Shown: positions 19,250-29,316 of the stretch, piece after piece
Layout of the letters: each line of letters begins with the position of its first letter
How positions within the stretch are numbered: position 1 is the stretch's first letter
Origin: Candidatus Hadarchaeota archaeon
GTDB taxonomy: Archaea > CAYQAE01 > CAYVLA01
NCBI GenBank assembly: GCA_964621445.1
Contig: CAZUNO010000002.1
Location: forward strand, 13,640-77,639
DNA: 64,000 nt
Direction of reading: 5' to 3'
Translations under genes and position numbers: made by a program
The notes under the pieces: model-generated
What the model saw: only the letters and a program-made list of their open reading frames with translations
Database searches by the model: none
What the model was told of the DNA's origin: nothing

Positions 19250-20422
19250 ATGGGAATTAGCATAGGCGTGGTTGGCCTGGGTTCTTTCGGCTCCAGCTTT
19301 GCCCCGCTTTTCAAAAACCACCCGCTGGTTGATAGAATAGCTCTCTGCGACCGGGAGCCGGAAAGAGTCAAGGCCTTTTCAGAAAGGAATTCATTCCAGG
19401 ATAAATTCGACCCCTCAGATGCATATTACTCACTTGATGATATAGTGAAGAGCGATCTCGACGCCATAGCCCTGATTACCCAGCCATGGCTTCACGCTCC
19501 TCAGGCGGTTAAGGTAATGGAATCCGGAAAAAGTGTCTACAGCGCCGTCCCTATCATATCCTTGCCGTCGGGCAAGGAGATACTCAATTGGTGCGACAGG
19601 ATCATAAAGACCTGTATAGAAACGGATATGTATTACATGCTGGGAGAGACCACCTACTACAGACCACAGGCCATGTACTGCCGAAAGCGACGCGAACAGG
19701 GGGACTTCGGGGATTTCGTGTATGCTGAAGGTGAATATCTCCACGACATCGATAGCCCAACCAGCAGCTTGAGGAAGGTTAGAGCGAGTCGTTTGGCCTC
19801 AGCGGCTGGTAGAGAATGGATTCAGACCGAAAAGGAGTATGAAGAGCGGGGAGCGATAACCGGTCCCATGCACTATCCCACCCACTCCACATCCGGCCCC
19901 GTTTCCGTGATGAATGCTCACGCCACCAGGGTTTCAGCCCTGGCATATTATAGCAAACGCGAGGACGAGTATTTTGGCGGCTCTCCCAGTAACGAGACTG
20001 CGCTATTCAAGATGTCCAACGGGGCCCATGTACGTATCTGTGAATACAGGGAGATAGGCCTTCAGAATCGAGAGATCTTTCGCGTATATGGAAACGAGGG
20101 CAGCTTCGAAAATGATACCTGGTGTGACAAGCATTCGTGTACCACTCTGAGCACGGAGGAGATGAGGGACCCTCTTCCCCAGGATGTATATGATGCCTTT
20201 GCCAGGTACAAACCGGATGACATATACGGCGGTCATGGGGGTTCACACGCCTACTTGGTAAACGAGTTCGTCGAGGCCGTACATCAGGACCGCCAGCCGG
20301 CCATAAATGCCTGGGAAGCGACAAGATATATGGCCATGGGGGTCATGGCCCATCAATCGGCATTGAAGGACGGAAGGGTCTTGGATGTTCCGGACTGGGG
20401 AGATGCACCGGCAACCAGCTGA
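19250..20422 (+). CDS. Gfo/Idh/MocA family oxidoreductase
   Basis: N-terminal Rossmann motif IGVVGLGSFGSSFAPLFKNHPLVDRIALCDREPER; the size and C-terminal alpha/beta domain are typical. Confidence 0.8.
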   Translation: MGISIGVVGLGSFGSSFAPLFKNHPLVDRIALCDREPERVKAFSERNSFQDKFDPSDAYYSLDDIVKSDLDAIALITQPWLHAPQAVKVMESGKSVYSAVPIISLPSGKEILNWCDRIIKTCIETDMYYMLGETTYYRPQAMYCRKRREQGDFGDFVYAEGEYLHDIDSPTSSLRKVRASRLASAAGREWIQTEKEYEERGAITGPMHYPTHSTSGPVSVMNAHATRVSALAYYSKREDEYFGGSPSNETALFKMSNGAHVRICEYREIGLQNREIFRVYGNEGSFENDTWCDKHSCTTLSTEEMRDPLPQDVYDAFARYKPDDIYGGHGGSHAYLVNEFVEAVHQDRQPAINAWEATRYMAMGVMAHQSALKDGRVLDVPDWGDAPATS

Positions 20423-20465
20423 TAGTTAAGAGTCGCCCGGATGAAGCCATCTAGAGAAGATTCCA

Positions 20466-20903
20466 ATGAAGGACTGCATATTTTGCAGGATCGTCGATGG
20501 CCAGCAGGAGAGCGAAAGGGTCCTCGAAACGAAACAGGCCCTGGCCTTCCTGGACATAAATCCCAGAGCACCGGGCCACACCCTTATAATACCCAAGGAT
20601 CACGCTCGGACGCTCACCGATCTTGATCCTGACCCCGCCGCCGGGGTCTTCCTTACCACGAGGCGAATCTGCACCATGATCGAGGACGCCCTAAATCCGG
20701 AAGGATTTACCATAGGGATCAATGACGGACCTGAGGCGGGACAGGAAATACCGCATCTACACGTGAATGTGATTCCTCGATTTAAGGGAGACGGCGGTAC
20801 CTCGGTTCACTCCGTTGTCCAAAACCCCCCTGTCAAAGACCTATCAGAGATCGCGGAAAAGATAAGAGATGCCGGTTTGTCAGATATAAGTTCCCGGCCC
20901 TAA
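20466..20903 (+). CDS. HIT (histidine triad) family protein
   Basis: CIFCRIVDG...LAFLDINPRAPGHTLIIPKDH...GQEIPHLHVNVIPR (H-x-H-x-H-x-x motif). Confidence 0.9.
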   Translation: MKDCIFCRIVDGQQESERVLETKQALAFLDINPRAPGHTLIIPKDHARTLTDLDPDPAAGVFLTTRRICTMIEDALNPEGFTIGINDGPEAGQEIPHLHVNVIPRFKGDGGTSVHSVVQNPPVKDLSEIAEKIRDAGLSDISSRP

Positions 20904-20944
20904 ACCGAAAAGATACTTCAGTTCAACCTACTGATAGGAACTCA

Positions 20945-21235
20945 ATGAGTAGCCAGAAGACACTCCTGCTGGACGAGATGTACACTGGCTTCAAGGAATA
21001 TTTCGAGATAATGGAATGGGAAGTGGTCACCCTGGATGATCTGGACCTCCAGGGAGCCGATGATAAAGAAGTAGTGAGATGCGCAAAAGAGAAGGACCTC
21101 CTGCTCGTTACCCAGGATCAGAAACCGGCAGAACTAGCTGAAATCACCGGTGTCCCCTTCGTTTTAATCTCAAAACGTTTGGTGGCGGAATTGATCGATT
21201 CCGAGATTCGAAGGAAGTACCCGAATCTGAAATAA
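20945..21235 (+). CDS. DUF5615 / Mut7-C-like PIN-fold small protein
   Basis: LLLDEMYTGFKEYFEIMEWEVVTL...GADDKEVVRCAKEKDLLLVTQDQK matches the pattern 'flvDe.l...l...L...G.dv.....g..D.e.l..A..e.r.lvT.D.dF'. Confidence 0.5.
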   Translation: MSSQKTLLLDEMYTGFKEYFEIMEWEVVTLDDLDLQGADDKEVVRCAKEKDLLLVTQDQKPAELAEITGVPFVLISKRLVAELIDSEIRRKYPNLK

Positions 21236-21296
21236 GCTATCCCCGCCTACGGTAGCAGTAGGTAGATCGATTACCACTTTTTCCCAACCATAAGAG

Positions 21297-23543
21297 ATGC
21301 AGATTAAGATGAAAGAAAAGGTAAAACTACTAATTAGCGGATTGCCTGAGAACTCAGGCCCAGGGGACCTACTCGGTGCTATGGCCAACGATACACGAAT
21401 CGACGGCAAAGAGGTCGGCAGAATAGATATCAAAGGGTCCGTAGCCACCCTCTCGATTCCCTCGGGGGCCGCGGACAGCGTGATTGCCAATCTGGATGAG
21501 GTCTCCGGAAGACCAGTCACCGTGGCCAGGGCACGATCAAAAAATCTCAAGTCCCATCTCCTTGGCCTAGCAAGACTGGTGGAGATGGAAAGAGAGGAAG
21601 AAATGCGAAGGCACGAAAGGGAAATTCGAAATCTAACTGGTTTTCAGAGGGAAAAAGAGGGCCGTGCAATTCTCCATCTAAAGGGCAAGGACAAGGGAAC
21701 CGGCCTGGGTGGGAAATATCTAATCAAGTTCGTCCGCCAGAGGCCCGGTGAGCAGCTTCCGGATACGGAGATAACCGTAGGTGATCTGGTCATGTTATCC
21801 AGAGGGAATCCACTGAAGGCAAATAATCCAACTGGAACCGTTTCCAGCAAGACCAACTATTCCTTAACCATCGCCTTTGACCGTAAACCTCGCCGTTTCC
21901 TCTTTGGAAAGGGGCTAAGGTGCGATCTTTACGTAAACGACATAACCTATCAGCGCCAGCTTGAGGCCCTTAAGGAGGTTACTTCAAGGGATCAGAGTCG
22001 AGACCTGGCCAGCAAGGCTCTGGGACAGGACGGGCTGGAATTCGAGGATCAAGGGAACCTTCAAATCCTCAACAAGAATCTCAATACTTCGCAAATCGAG
22101 GCCGTCCGGAAGGCGCTAGCCGCCAACGACTTCTACCTGATACATGGTCCTCCCGGAACCGGGAAGACGGTGACCTGCATCGAGGCCGCACGCCAGCTAA
22201 TCAGGCGAGGAGAGAAAGTTCTATGCACGGCGGACTCAAACACCGCCGTCGATAATCTGGTTGAACGCCTCGCTGACTGGGGAGAAAACGTGGTTCGGGT
22301 TGGTCACCCAGCCCGAGTCACCCCGAACTTGAGGAGCCACACCTTGGATGAGATAATTCAAAATGACCCCAGCTATATCCAAAGCCAGGAAGCTCGGGAG
22401 GCCGCACTAAAGCTCGTCGATGAACAGGGCAAACTGACCCATCCCGGCGGCAGATGGCGCCGTGGAATGAGCAATGGAAAGATCCTTGCCCTGGCCCGTA
22501 GAGGTAAGGGCTCAAGGGGTGTTCCCCCTTCGAGAATTAAGGAGATGGCCAAGTGGATCCATCTCAAATCCAAGATAGATGACCTGTTTAACAAGGCGCA
22601 GAGGCTTGAGGAGGAAGCAATATCACACGTATTGGAATGGGCGGATGTGATCTGCGCCACGAACTCCGGTTCAGGCTCCGAATTGATGTCTGACCGGGAA
22701 TTTAACACCGTGATAATTGACGAGGCAACCCAGGCCACCGAACCCAGCTGTTGGATACCTATGGTACGTGCAAATAAAGTGGTGATGGCTGGCGACCATA
22801 AGCAGCTACCCCCTACAATACTGAGCCCCGACGCCGAGGGCCTGAGCAAGACCCTTTTTGAGTCCTTGGTCGAGGTGCACGGAAACCGATGCAGATCCAT
22901 GCTCAAGATTCAGTACAGGATGCACGAGAAGATCATGCAATTCTCCAACCAGCAGTTCTACGATGACCTGCTAGAGGCCGACGAATCCGTCGCCTCCCAT
23001 ACTATCCTTGACCTCCTCCCTGATTCCAAAGTAAGATCTCCAAGTGATTCCCTTGAGAGCCCGTTGGTCTTTGTGGATACTCGGCATATTGATGGGAACG
23101 AGAGGACAAGAACTGGCTCCACATCTAAGGAAAACCCGGTAGAAGCGGAAATAGTTGATTTCATAACCAGCCAGATTCTCGATCTGGGGATTCTCCAGAG
23201 AGATATCGCCGTCATCTCCCCCTATGACGATCAGGTGGATCTTCTGAGAAGACTTATTGGAATGGAGGAAATTGAAATAGACACCGTGGATGGATTCCAA
23301 GGTAGGGAAAAGGAAGTGGTAATCGTCTCACTTGTCCGGAGCAATTCGCGAAACAGCATCGGTTTTCTGAATGATATTCGCCGTCTTAATGTTGCGCTCA
23401 CCAGAGCCAAGAGAAAGCTGATTATCATAGGTGATAGTTCAACCATTACCTCCCACCAAACCTACGAACATCTCTTGGAGTATGTCCGTTCCACAGGAAA
23501 GGTAATCTCACTCGAAGAGCCCCCAAAGGCTTCAGCGCGGTAA
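21297..23543 (+). CDS. Superfamily-1 Upf1/IGHMBP2-like helicase with an N-terminal DbpA-like RNA-binding-type domain
   Basis: GPPGTGKT (Walker A), IIDEATQA, AGDHKQLPPT, VDGFQGREKEVVIVSLVRSN, RRLNVALTRAKRKLIIIGD. The N-terminal ~85 aa (GPGDLLGAMANDTRIDGKEVGRIDIKGSVATLSIP...VTVARA) resembles the DbpA C-terminal domain. Confidence 0.9.
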   Translation: MQIKMKEKVKLLISGLPENSGPGDLLGAMANDTRIDGKEVGRIDIKGSVATLSIPSGAADSVIANLDEVSGRPVTVARARSKNLKSHLLGLARLVEMEREEEMRRHEREIRNLTGFQREKEGRAILHLKGKDKGTGLGGKYLIKFVRQRPGEQLPDTEITVGDLVMLSRGNPLKANNPTGTVSSKTNYSLTIAFDRKPRRFLFGKGLRCDLYVNDITYQRQLEALKEVTSRDQSRDLASKALGQDGLEFEDQGNLQILNKNLNTSQIEAVRKALAANDFYLIHGPPGTGKTVTCIEAARQLIRRGEKVLCTADSNTAVDNLVERLADWGENVVRVGHPARVTPNLRSHTLDEIIQNDPSYIQSQEAREAALKLVDEQGKLTHPGGRWRRGMSNGKILALARRGKGSRGVPPSRIKEMAKWIHLKSKIDDLFNKAQRLEEEAISHVLEWADVICATNSGSGSELMSDREFNTVIIDEATQATEPSCWIPMVRANKVVMAGDHKQLPPTILSPDAEGLSKTLFESLVEVHGNRCRSMLKIQYRMHEKIMQFSNQQFYDDLLEADESVASHTILDLLPDSKVRSPSDSLESPLVFVDTRHIDGNERTRTGSTSKENPVEAEIVDFITSQILDLGILQRDIAVISPYDDQVDLLRRLIGMEEIEIDTVDGFQGREKEVVIVSLVRSNSRNSIGFLNDIRRLNVALTRAKRKLIIIGDSSTITSHQTYEHLLEYVRSTGKVISLEEPPKASAR

Positions 23544-23600
23544 GTACTGCCCCATCGGTAATCGCAAAGCTTATTACCGGTGTAGGTATTTCCCTATGCG

Positions 23601-25916
23601 TTGCCCAGGCCATTCATCCTGAGTTTCCAGGTATTTATCCTAAGTCTGATTTTTGCCAGTGTATTTCTAGGTACCGGGTTTGGGAAACCCTTTGAGGCAA
23701 CTCTGGTTCTGGAAACAAAGAACATCTCCATTGGCACCAGGATCGGGAATCCAAATCTTACCTTCGCCCTGGAGAATGAATTTGGAGAGGACGTCCAGGG
23801 AGCCGCCGGATATCTGACCATGCTGGCAGAAAATAAGACCCTATATGAGAATAATGGATCCTATTATGCGAATTTAACCGATGTCAGCGCCGGCACCTAT
23901 GACATAGTTGTCAGACTCCAGAAGGAGGGCTATCATATCCCAGAACTCCGGACCACCTTCTACCTGGAATATGAAAGAATCTACCAGGGCTACACAAACC
24001 TTACGAGGCTTTCCGGTCTATCATTTACCACCGATCGCCCCGAGGTTTGCACGGCGTCTTTCAACCAGGAACTGGTGGAAATATCTGTCGTCTACGACAA
24101 GTCCAGGATCCCCGTCGTCCACTTCCATCTTGTATTCCCGGAACCCCTGGACCTCTCCCGATTCGATCTTGTACGGATCAATATATCCCACCAAAACTGT
24201 CCCTCGCTACAAATCGGCCTTCAGGATGACGAGGGCTCAAAGACCATGTTAACCCTGGATACGGACGGGGATATGGATGTGAAATGGAAATATCGCGAGG
24301 CGACTGACTGGGTTAACTTCAAATCCATCAGCAAACTGGTTTTCCAGACCATGCAGCGGAGGGATGGAAAGAATCACAGGATTGCCTTGGAAAGCCTGGA
24401 ATGGGTCAGGAACCCACGGTATATCCACCAATGTCCTCCCACCTTGAAGGATGCCCTCCAAAACACCCTTTCCCATAGAGCCGATCCGATCTTCGTGCAT
24501 GGCCCCACCGGCCTACCCTTTGAATTCATCAACCTTTACGAGTACACGGTGCCCTCGGTCAGCGAGCTTGACATGACCATCGGGAATAATGAGATAGGGG
24601 AGGGATTGACCTCTTTCTGGATGTATTACCTGGGCTCGGGAGAGAAATGGGTAGAGGAATTCCTTCGACAGGCCGCAGTTGCCGAGGCGCGCTACCTGGA
24701 CCCGGGCGATGGTCTTATCGGTCTCCATCATTATTACAGAAGAACCGGAGAGCTAGACGATGACACCCACAATCTAAGGGGATGCAAGTTTCGGGGTGGG
24801 CCCGCGGGGGAGAGTTCTGCCCAACATGGTGCAGAGGAGGCCATGTACATGATGTTACCAGCGGCCTGGATCCTGGGTGAGGAGGAGGCATTGCACGCCC
24901 TGGAAAGATATAGCGAAACACTCCTCCAGCTAAATTCTGAACCTGATTTCCTCCATCTTCACCTCTACGTGAAGAAGTGTAATGGTGAATGGTATGTCGG
25001 GGACTGGAACGGAATGCACGACCAGAAGATGGAAGTCGTTGATCCTGACCCCTCGGCCTTCACGGATCTATCCGAGTTCTGGTGGATAACACCCATGCTG
25101 GGAACGGCCATTCTGACCGAGAACCAGACGCTGAGAACGCGAATAATCGATCGCTGCCGTCCAATCCTGGATAACGTTATCCAATACCAGGCGGTTAATG
25201 GAGAAATCCCCTTTGTATATACCCTAGACGGATCAAGGGCAATTTTTAACGCCACCGCAAAGGGCTGGAGCGGGTATAATGTCAACAGCTTCTACGCACG
25301 TTCGGCTTACCTCATGCATAACCTGACGGGGGATGAGAAATACCTGCATTCGCTTGAGAGGATGTACGACTTCTTCCTTCAGGATGGAACACCGGGCAGT
25401 TATCGATTCGCCCCCCAGATTATATTCCATTCCCTGTACACCGGAAATGAGACATTGGCAAGCCGCCTGGTCCAGGATATAAGATCGCGGTATACTTTGG
25501 ATAGAATAGAGCATTCCATATTGGATTGTACGTGGCGCCTTTTGCCCTGGATTTTTACCGGTAACTTAACCGATCTTCAGATCGCGCTCCGGGGGGAAAG
25601 CAGATTCAGGACCGAGAACTGGCTAGAGATACCGGGAGGTTCCGGAAGATACCACTACTATCCACCCTATGTAGTGGACACCATAGTGGAATGGGGTTGG
25701 TGCCCCCTCGATAAATTCGGGAGTGGGATCGAGGATTTCTACGCACTATCTCAATTAGGCCCCTCTTCGATGGGACTGGTGGAGCGCGACCTATTGACCA
25801 TGGGTTTTCTGGCCAGGATACCTGATTGTCCGGTCATCTCGTTGGCCCTCCTTGCAATCCTGGGCGCGTTGCTCAATAGAAATCGATCTAGCGGAAAATT
25901 CCGGGGAAAACCATAG
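23601..25916 (+). CDS. Secreted, C-terminally membrane-anchored, sequon-rich protein of unknown function (possible alpha/alpha-toroid glycan-active domain)
   Basis: There is a signal peptide (ILSFQVFILSLIFASVFLGTGFG), a C-terminal TM segment plus basic tail (VISLALLAILGALLNRNRSSGKFRGKP), and many N-x-S/T sites (NIS, NLT, NKT, NGS, NLT, NLT...). The start is TTG. Confidence 0.65.
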   Translation: MPRPFILSFQVFILSLIFASVFLGTGFGKPFEATLVLETKNISIGTRIGNPNLTFALENEFGEDVQGAAGYLTMLAENKTLYENNGSYYANLTDVSAGTYDIVVRLQKEGYHIPELRTTFYLEYERIYQGYTNLTRLSGLSFTTDRPEVCTASFNQELVEISVVYDKSRIPVVHFHLVFPEPLDLSRFDLVRINISHQNCPSLQIGLQDDEGSKTMLTLDTDGDMDVKWKYREATDWVNFKSISKLVFQTMQRRDGKNHRIALESLEWVRNPRYIHQCPPTLKDALQNTLSHRADPIFVHGPTGLPFEFINLYEYTVPSVSELDMTIGNNEIGEGLTSFWMYYLGSGEKWVEEFLRQAAVAEARYLDPGDGLIGLHHYYRRTGELDDDTHNLRGCKFRGGPAGESSAQHGAEEAMYMMLPAAWILGEEEALHALERYSETLLQLNSEPDFLHLHLYVKKCNGEWYVGDWNGMHDQKMEVVDPDPSAFTDLSEFWWITPMLGTAILTENQTLRTRIIDRCRPILDNVIQYQAVNGEIPFVYTLDGSRAIFNATAKGWSGYNVNSFYARSAYLMHNLTGDEKYLHSLERMYDFFLQDGTPGSYRFAPQIIFHSLYTGNETLASRLVQDIRSRYTLDRIEHSILDCTWRLLPWIFTGNLTDLQIALRGESRFRTENWLEIPGGSGRYHYYPPYVVDTIVEWGWCPLDKFGSGIEDFYALSQLGPSSMGLVERDLLTMGFLARIPDCPVISLALLAILGALLNRNRSSGKFRGKP

Positions 25917-25986
25917 TAACCAACTTTCCAGACCTTCTCGAGTCGTGGTTACATTATTCTTGAAAGGTCAAGGGGCATAAAAGGGA

Positions 25987-26358
25987 ATGAATCTCACCGA
26001 TGAGGATATCGAAGAAGCACGGGTCTATCTCGTTAACGAAATGGTGGAGGAAGAATTCCAGGAAATACTTTACCAAACGGATCTCACTTGTCGTCTCTGT
26101 ACCCGATGCTGCATAGACTATGGAATCCCTGAGATCTCAAAGCCGGCAGGTGTAAGATGCCCCTATCTAACCGAGGAGGGATTGTGTGAAATATACCAGG
26201 ACCGGCCACGGCGCTGCAGGGATTTCCCCCACCTCAAGAATCTAAACTACGTGAAGGCCAATAGCCGGTCAATCTTTCACGTGAAGAGCAGCTGTCCAGT
26301 TATCACTGAATTCATCGAGAATATTCTGGAAAGGATCAGGGAAATCAAAAAATGCTGA
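25987..26358 (+). CDS. YkgJ-family (CxxCxxCC) cysteine-cluster protein
   Basis: CRLCTRCCIDYG...CPYLTEEGLCEIYQDRPRRCRDFP. Confidence 0.75.
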   Translation: MNLTDEDIEEARVYLVNEMVEEEFQEILYQTDLTCRLCTRCCIDYGIPEISKPAGVRCPYLTEEGLCEIYQDRPRRCRDFPHLKNLNYVKANSRSIFHVKSSCPVITEFIENILERIREIKKC

Positions 26359-27224
26359 GCAGCCGTTTACCACTCCCGAATGTGATTCGAATGATGGGTA
26401 AGGATATTCTTGATCATTTCCTCTCCAGATCTGACTGGGTTGATGGAGAGAATACAGTTGACCGGGTAATAGTTGGCGATCCCGAACTCGATTCATCCTC
26501 CTGCCTGGTAACCTGGATGCCCTCACTTTCCGCACTCCGCACCATGCATGGAAAGGGCATCCCCCTCATGATTTGTCATGAACCGGTATTCTGGAATCAC
26601 CACGATCAGAGCCCCGGTTCCAGCCCCCAATCATCACGAAAATTGAACTACATCCAGGACCGCGAGCTAACAATAGTGAGGATTCATGATTGCTGGGATA
26701 GATGGCCGGAAGCCGGAATTCCCTTTGCATGGGCTCGATTCCTGGGTATTGGAACCAAGCCAGCGAAGATTGGAGCCAACGGCTATCAGCATAGATATGA
26801 TATCAAGGGGATAGGACTCCGCGAGTTCGCGCTCAAGGTCGCAGATAGGTGCTCAACTATCGGTGAACCGGTCATCCAAGTAACGGGGGATCCGGGAACC
26901 GAAATATCCCGGGTGGGTATAGGGACGGGATGTGCATGTGATATCAATATCTATCTGGAAATGGGTTGTGACTGCTCCGTGGTTTGTGACGACGGGTCCT
27001 CCTACTGGGCAGGAATCCAGATGGCCAAGGACATGGAACACCCAGTAATTCGAGTGAATCATGGAACATCAGAGGAGCCAGGGATGATCTCCCTTACCGG
27101 TTATGTAAATGAGAACCTGGAGGGCCTAAACGCGATCCACCTTCCCCATGGCTCGAGCTACCGGCCAATGGGATTACTCGAGTCAGGAGCCCACCAAAAT
27201 TCACGAAGGTTCCCAGGTCCGTGA
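26352..27224 (+). CDS. NIF3-like dinuclear-metal-centre family protein
   Basis: VDRVIVGDPE, LMICHEPVFWNHHD, IVRIHDCWD and VNHGTSEEPGM correspond to the conserved H-H-P, H-x-x-x-D and HxxSE elements of NIF3/YbgI. Confidence 0.5.
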   Translation: MLSSRLPLPNVIRMMGKDILDHFLSRSDWVDGENTVDRVIVGDPELDSSSCLVTWMPSLSALRTMHGKGIPLMICHEPVFWNHHDQSPGSSPQSSRKLNYIQDRELTIVRIHDCWDRWPEAGIPFAWARFLGIGTKPAKIGANGYQHRYDIKGIGLREFALKVADRCSTIGEPVIQVTGDPGTEISRVGIGTGCACDINIYLEMGCDCSVVCDDGSSYWAGIQMAKDMEHPVIRVNHGTSEEPGMISLTGYVNENLEGLNAIHLPHGSSYRPMGLLESGAHQNSRRFPGP

Positions 27225-28388
27225 ATGCTTACCCAGGAATAGGAATATCGATAGGCAAATGATCAACGGCAAATAGGGCAACTCCCCAATGATCCCCACA
27301 TCATCACCATAGGATGCCACGAAAAGTTCGGTGGATCGGGACCCACAGCCGATAAACTCCCCGGTCCAGGAGGGGCTGACGTCGTATGCGATATCTATAT
27401 TGGTAGGCACGAAGTCCAACTCCCATAGTAAATCCCCGTTTTTGTCCACTTTGAGAAAATGGGCCAGCATGGGATAAAGACCAGTAATGCCTCCGGCCAC
27501 GTAACCTCCTTCCACCTCGGTAACTGAATTAGCCTCATCCCTTTCGGGGGTTCCATATGCCTTCTCCCAGATCTTATTGCCTTCCTGGTCTATCTTAAGT
27601 AGGTAGAAATCCCTTCCTCCTTCCCCAAAAGATTCGGTGAATCCGGCCATGAGATAGCCACCATCCTCGGTTGCAATTATGCTATCGGCAACTTCAAAAT
27701 CATCCCCGCCTTGGCTCTTTTCCCATAGGACCTCCCCTTCCTCATCTATCTTAAACACGTAGGCATCCCCACCTTTGAAGCCCGCGACAAGGTAGCCAGA
27801 GTCCCTGGCGGTGACGATGGAGTTGGCCTGACCCGTGCCATAGGTTCTGTTCCAGACAATTTCCCCGGCCGAATTCAGCTTTAACAGGTATATATCCACA
27901 TTAAGCCTCTGATAGAGCGAATAACCGGCCAGAATGAAACCACCGTCCCCGGTCTGTACGATGGACCTCCCATACTCCTCATTCTCCCGCTCGATTACCC
28001 TCTGCCAAATCATCTCTCCCGATTCATCGGTTCTTACCACGGAGATATCTAAACGATCATCGTCCACGCCACTACCGGCCGAGATCCCACACATGATATA
28101 CCCGTCCTCCAATGGCAATAAGTCAAAGGCGGAATTCTTTTTTTCCTCAACCGGATAGTAGCTTCTATTCCATATCACGTTTCCCATTTCGTCCAACTTG
28201 ACCAGGATATATTCTTTATCTGATCCAGTGCCCGCGAAAACGTAGCCATTATCAATGGCCCTGGTAATTGACCTGGCCTCAGAGCCATTCAAAGAGATAT
28301 TCCATAGCTGCTGTGGCAGCCCCATTGCCGGGATGCAGAGCATTACCATAAACGACAGCGCTAGTATTCCTTTCTTAAAGAAAGACAT
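27201..28388 (-). CDS. Secreted repeat (beta-propeller-like) cell-surface protein with a C-terminal TM anchor
   Basis: The signal peptide MSFFKKGILALSFMVMLCIPAMG places the start at 28388, which avoids overlap with the upstream gene. About seven repeats of ~50 aa follow the form DGGY-x-xAG-x-T-x-S-x-G-x-G-x-x-D-x-YLLK-x-D-x-x-G-x-x-xW-x-K-x-YG. The C-terminal hydrophobic segment is LPYLPLIICLSIFLFLGK. Confidence 0.7.
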   Translation of the reverse strand: MSFFKKGILALSFMVMLCIPAMGLPQQLWNISLNGSEARSITRAIDNGYVFAGTGSDKEYILVKLDEMGNVIWNRSYYPVEEKKNSAFDLLPLEDGYIMCGISAGSGVDDDRLDISVVRTDESGEMIWQRVIERENEEYGRSIVQTGDGGFILAGYSLYQRLNVDIYLLKLNSAGEIVWNRTYGTGQANSIVTARDSGYLVAGFKGGDAYVFKIDEEGEVLWEKSQGGDDFEVADSIIATEDGGYLMAGFTESFGEGGRDFYLLKIDQEGNKIWEKAYGTPERDEANSVTEVEGGYVAGGITGLYPMLAHFLKVDKNGDLLWELDFVPTNIDIAYDVSPSWTGEFIGCGSRSTELFVASYGDDVGIIGELPYLPLIICLSIFLFLGKHSRTWEPS

Positions 28389-28413
28389 GCCTCTGGCCGT
28401 CTGGCAATTATTT

Positions 28414-29316
28414 TTATCTCTTTCCCCCCGGAAGTCCGACTTCATCCACATAATGCCTCCTTAAATTGGTCAAGGTTCCTGGTACCACCTCGTATTTCTC
28501 CTTTAACTCTCCCAGGTATCCGATTAGGTCCAGCAATGTTCTCGTATGGTCCGTATCCTCCCTGTCATACCGGTAACAATTATGGGTAAACAGGCATAGG
28601 CATTGGAAATCGGCGGACCTATCCTCCATTTCTCTCAGTGCCCGATTTACTATCGGCAGATGCCATACATCGAACTCTCCGTGTTCTATTCGCAGCTCGT
28701 AAGGAAAGCCATTTGGATGGTGCCTGCTGGGGTCCGTGGTAACTGGAACTTCCAAGAAAGGCAGACCTCCCGCTTCCAGCCGGTTCTCCTCGTTGGTCCA
28801 GTGAGGATGACGGGAAGTATCCTTCCACTCGGCCGCAAAACATGGGACCTCCCTTCCCGGATCCGAAACCGATCCTTGCTCAAATCCCAGGGAATAAAGA
28901 ACGGGAAATGTATTGTCGTCGGCTGAGAAATTCCCGGGTCTAAAGGACTTCGGGGCCTTCCCAATTGCCTCCTGGAAAATCCTGCTGCCCTCCCCGATTA
29001 TTTCCTTCTGGCCATGGTAATCATATTGACCTAGATAATTGGAATATTGGCCATTTCCCATCGTCTGTGGGTGTATATGCAAACCCATCTCAACCCCCAG
29101 TTTTGAGAGTTCACGGAATAGCTCTGCCTGTCTCTGGGCACACTCCGGCGTTAAGAAAAGGGTGGGCGGAATCCCGGAATCAAGAAGTCGTTTGGAAAAG
29201 CCGTATATGGCCTTTTCGCTCCTATCCCAGCTTTCTGGTCCTCCGAGTTCATTGGGGAACTCCCCAACGCTTCGTTCACAGTCCATAGTGAACGCTATGT
29301 ATAGCCTTGGAGCCAT
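28414..29316 (-). CDS. Putative polysaccharide deacetylase / NodB-like carbohydrate esterase
   Basis: YIAFTMDCER (compare FTFDDG) ...PPTLFLTPECA...GVEMGLHIHPQ (H-x-x-x-H-like). It abuts the beta-helix gene with no gap (29316/29317). Confidence 0.45.
   Translation of the reverse strand: MAPRLYIAFTMDCERSVGEFPNELGGPESWDRSEKAIYGFSKRLLDSGIPPTLFLTPECAQRQAELFRELSKLGVEMGLHIHPQTMGNGQYSNYLGQYDYHGQKEIIGEGSRIFQEAIGKAPKSFRPGNFSADDNTFPVLYSLGFEQGSVSDPGREVPCFAAEWKDTSRHPHWTNEENRLEAGGLPFLEVPVTTDPSRHHPNGFPYELRIEHGEFDVWHLPIVNRALREMEDRSADFQCLCLFTHNCYRYDREDTDHTRTLLDLIGYLGELKEKYEVVPGTLTNLRRHYVDEVGLPGGKR

Noticed and set aside
27201-27290. C-terminus of the repeat-propeller protein considered as a PGF-CTERM/archaeosortase sorting signal
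   Set aside because: The tail (GELPYLPLIICLSIFLFLGKHSRTWEPS) is a hydrophobic anchor, but it lacks the PGF tripeptide and the Thr/Ser-rich linker. I cannot support a sorting-signal call.
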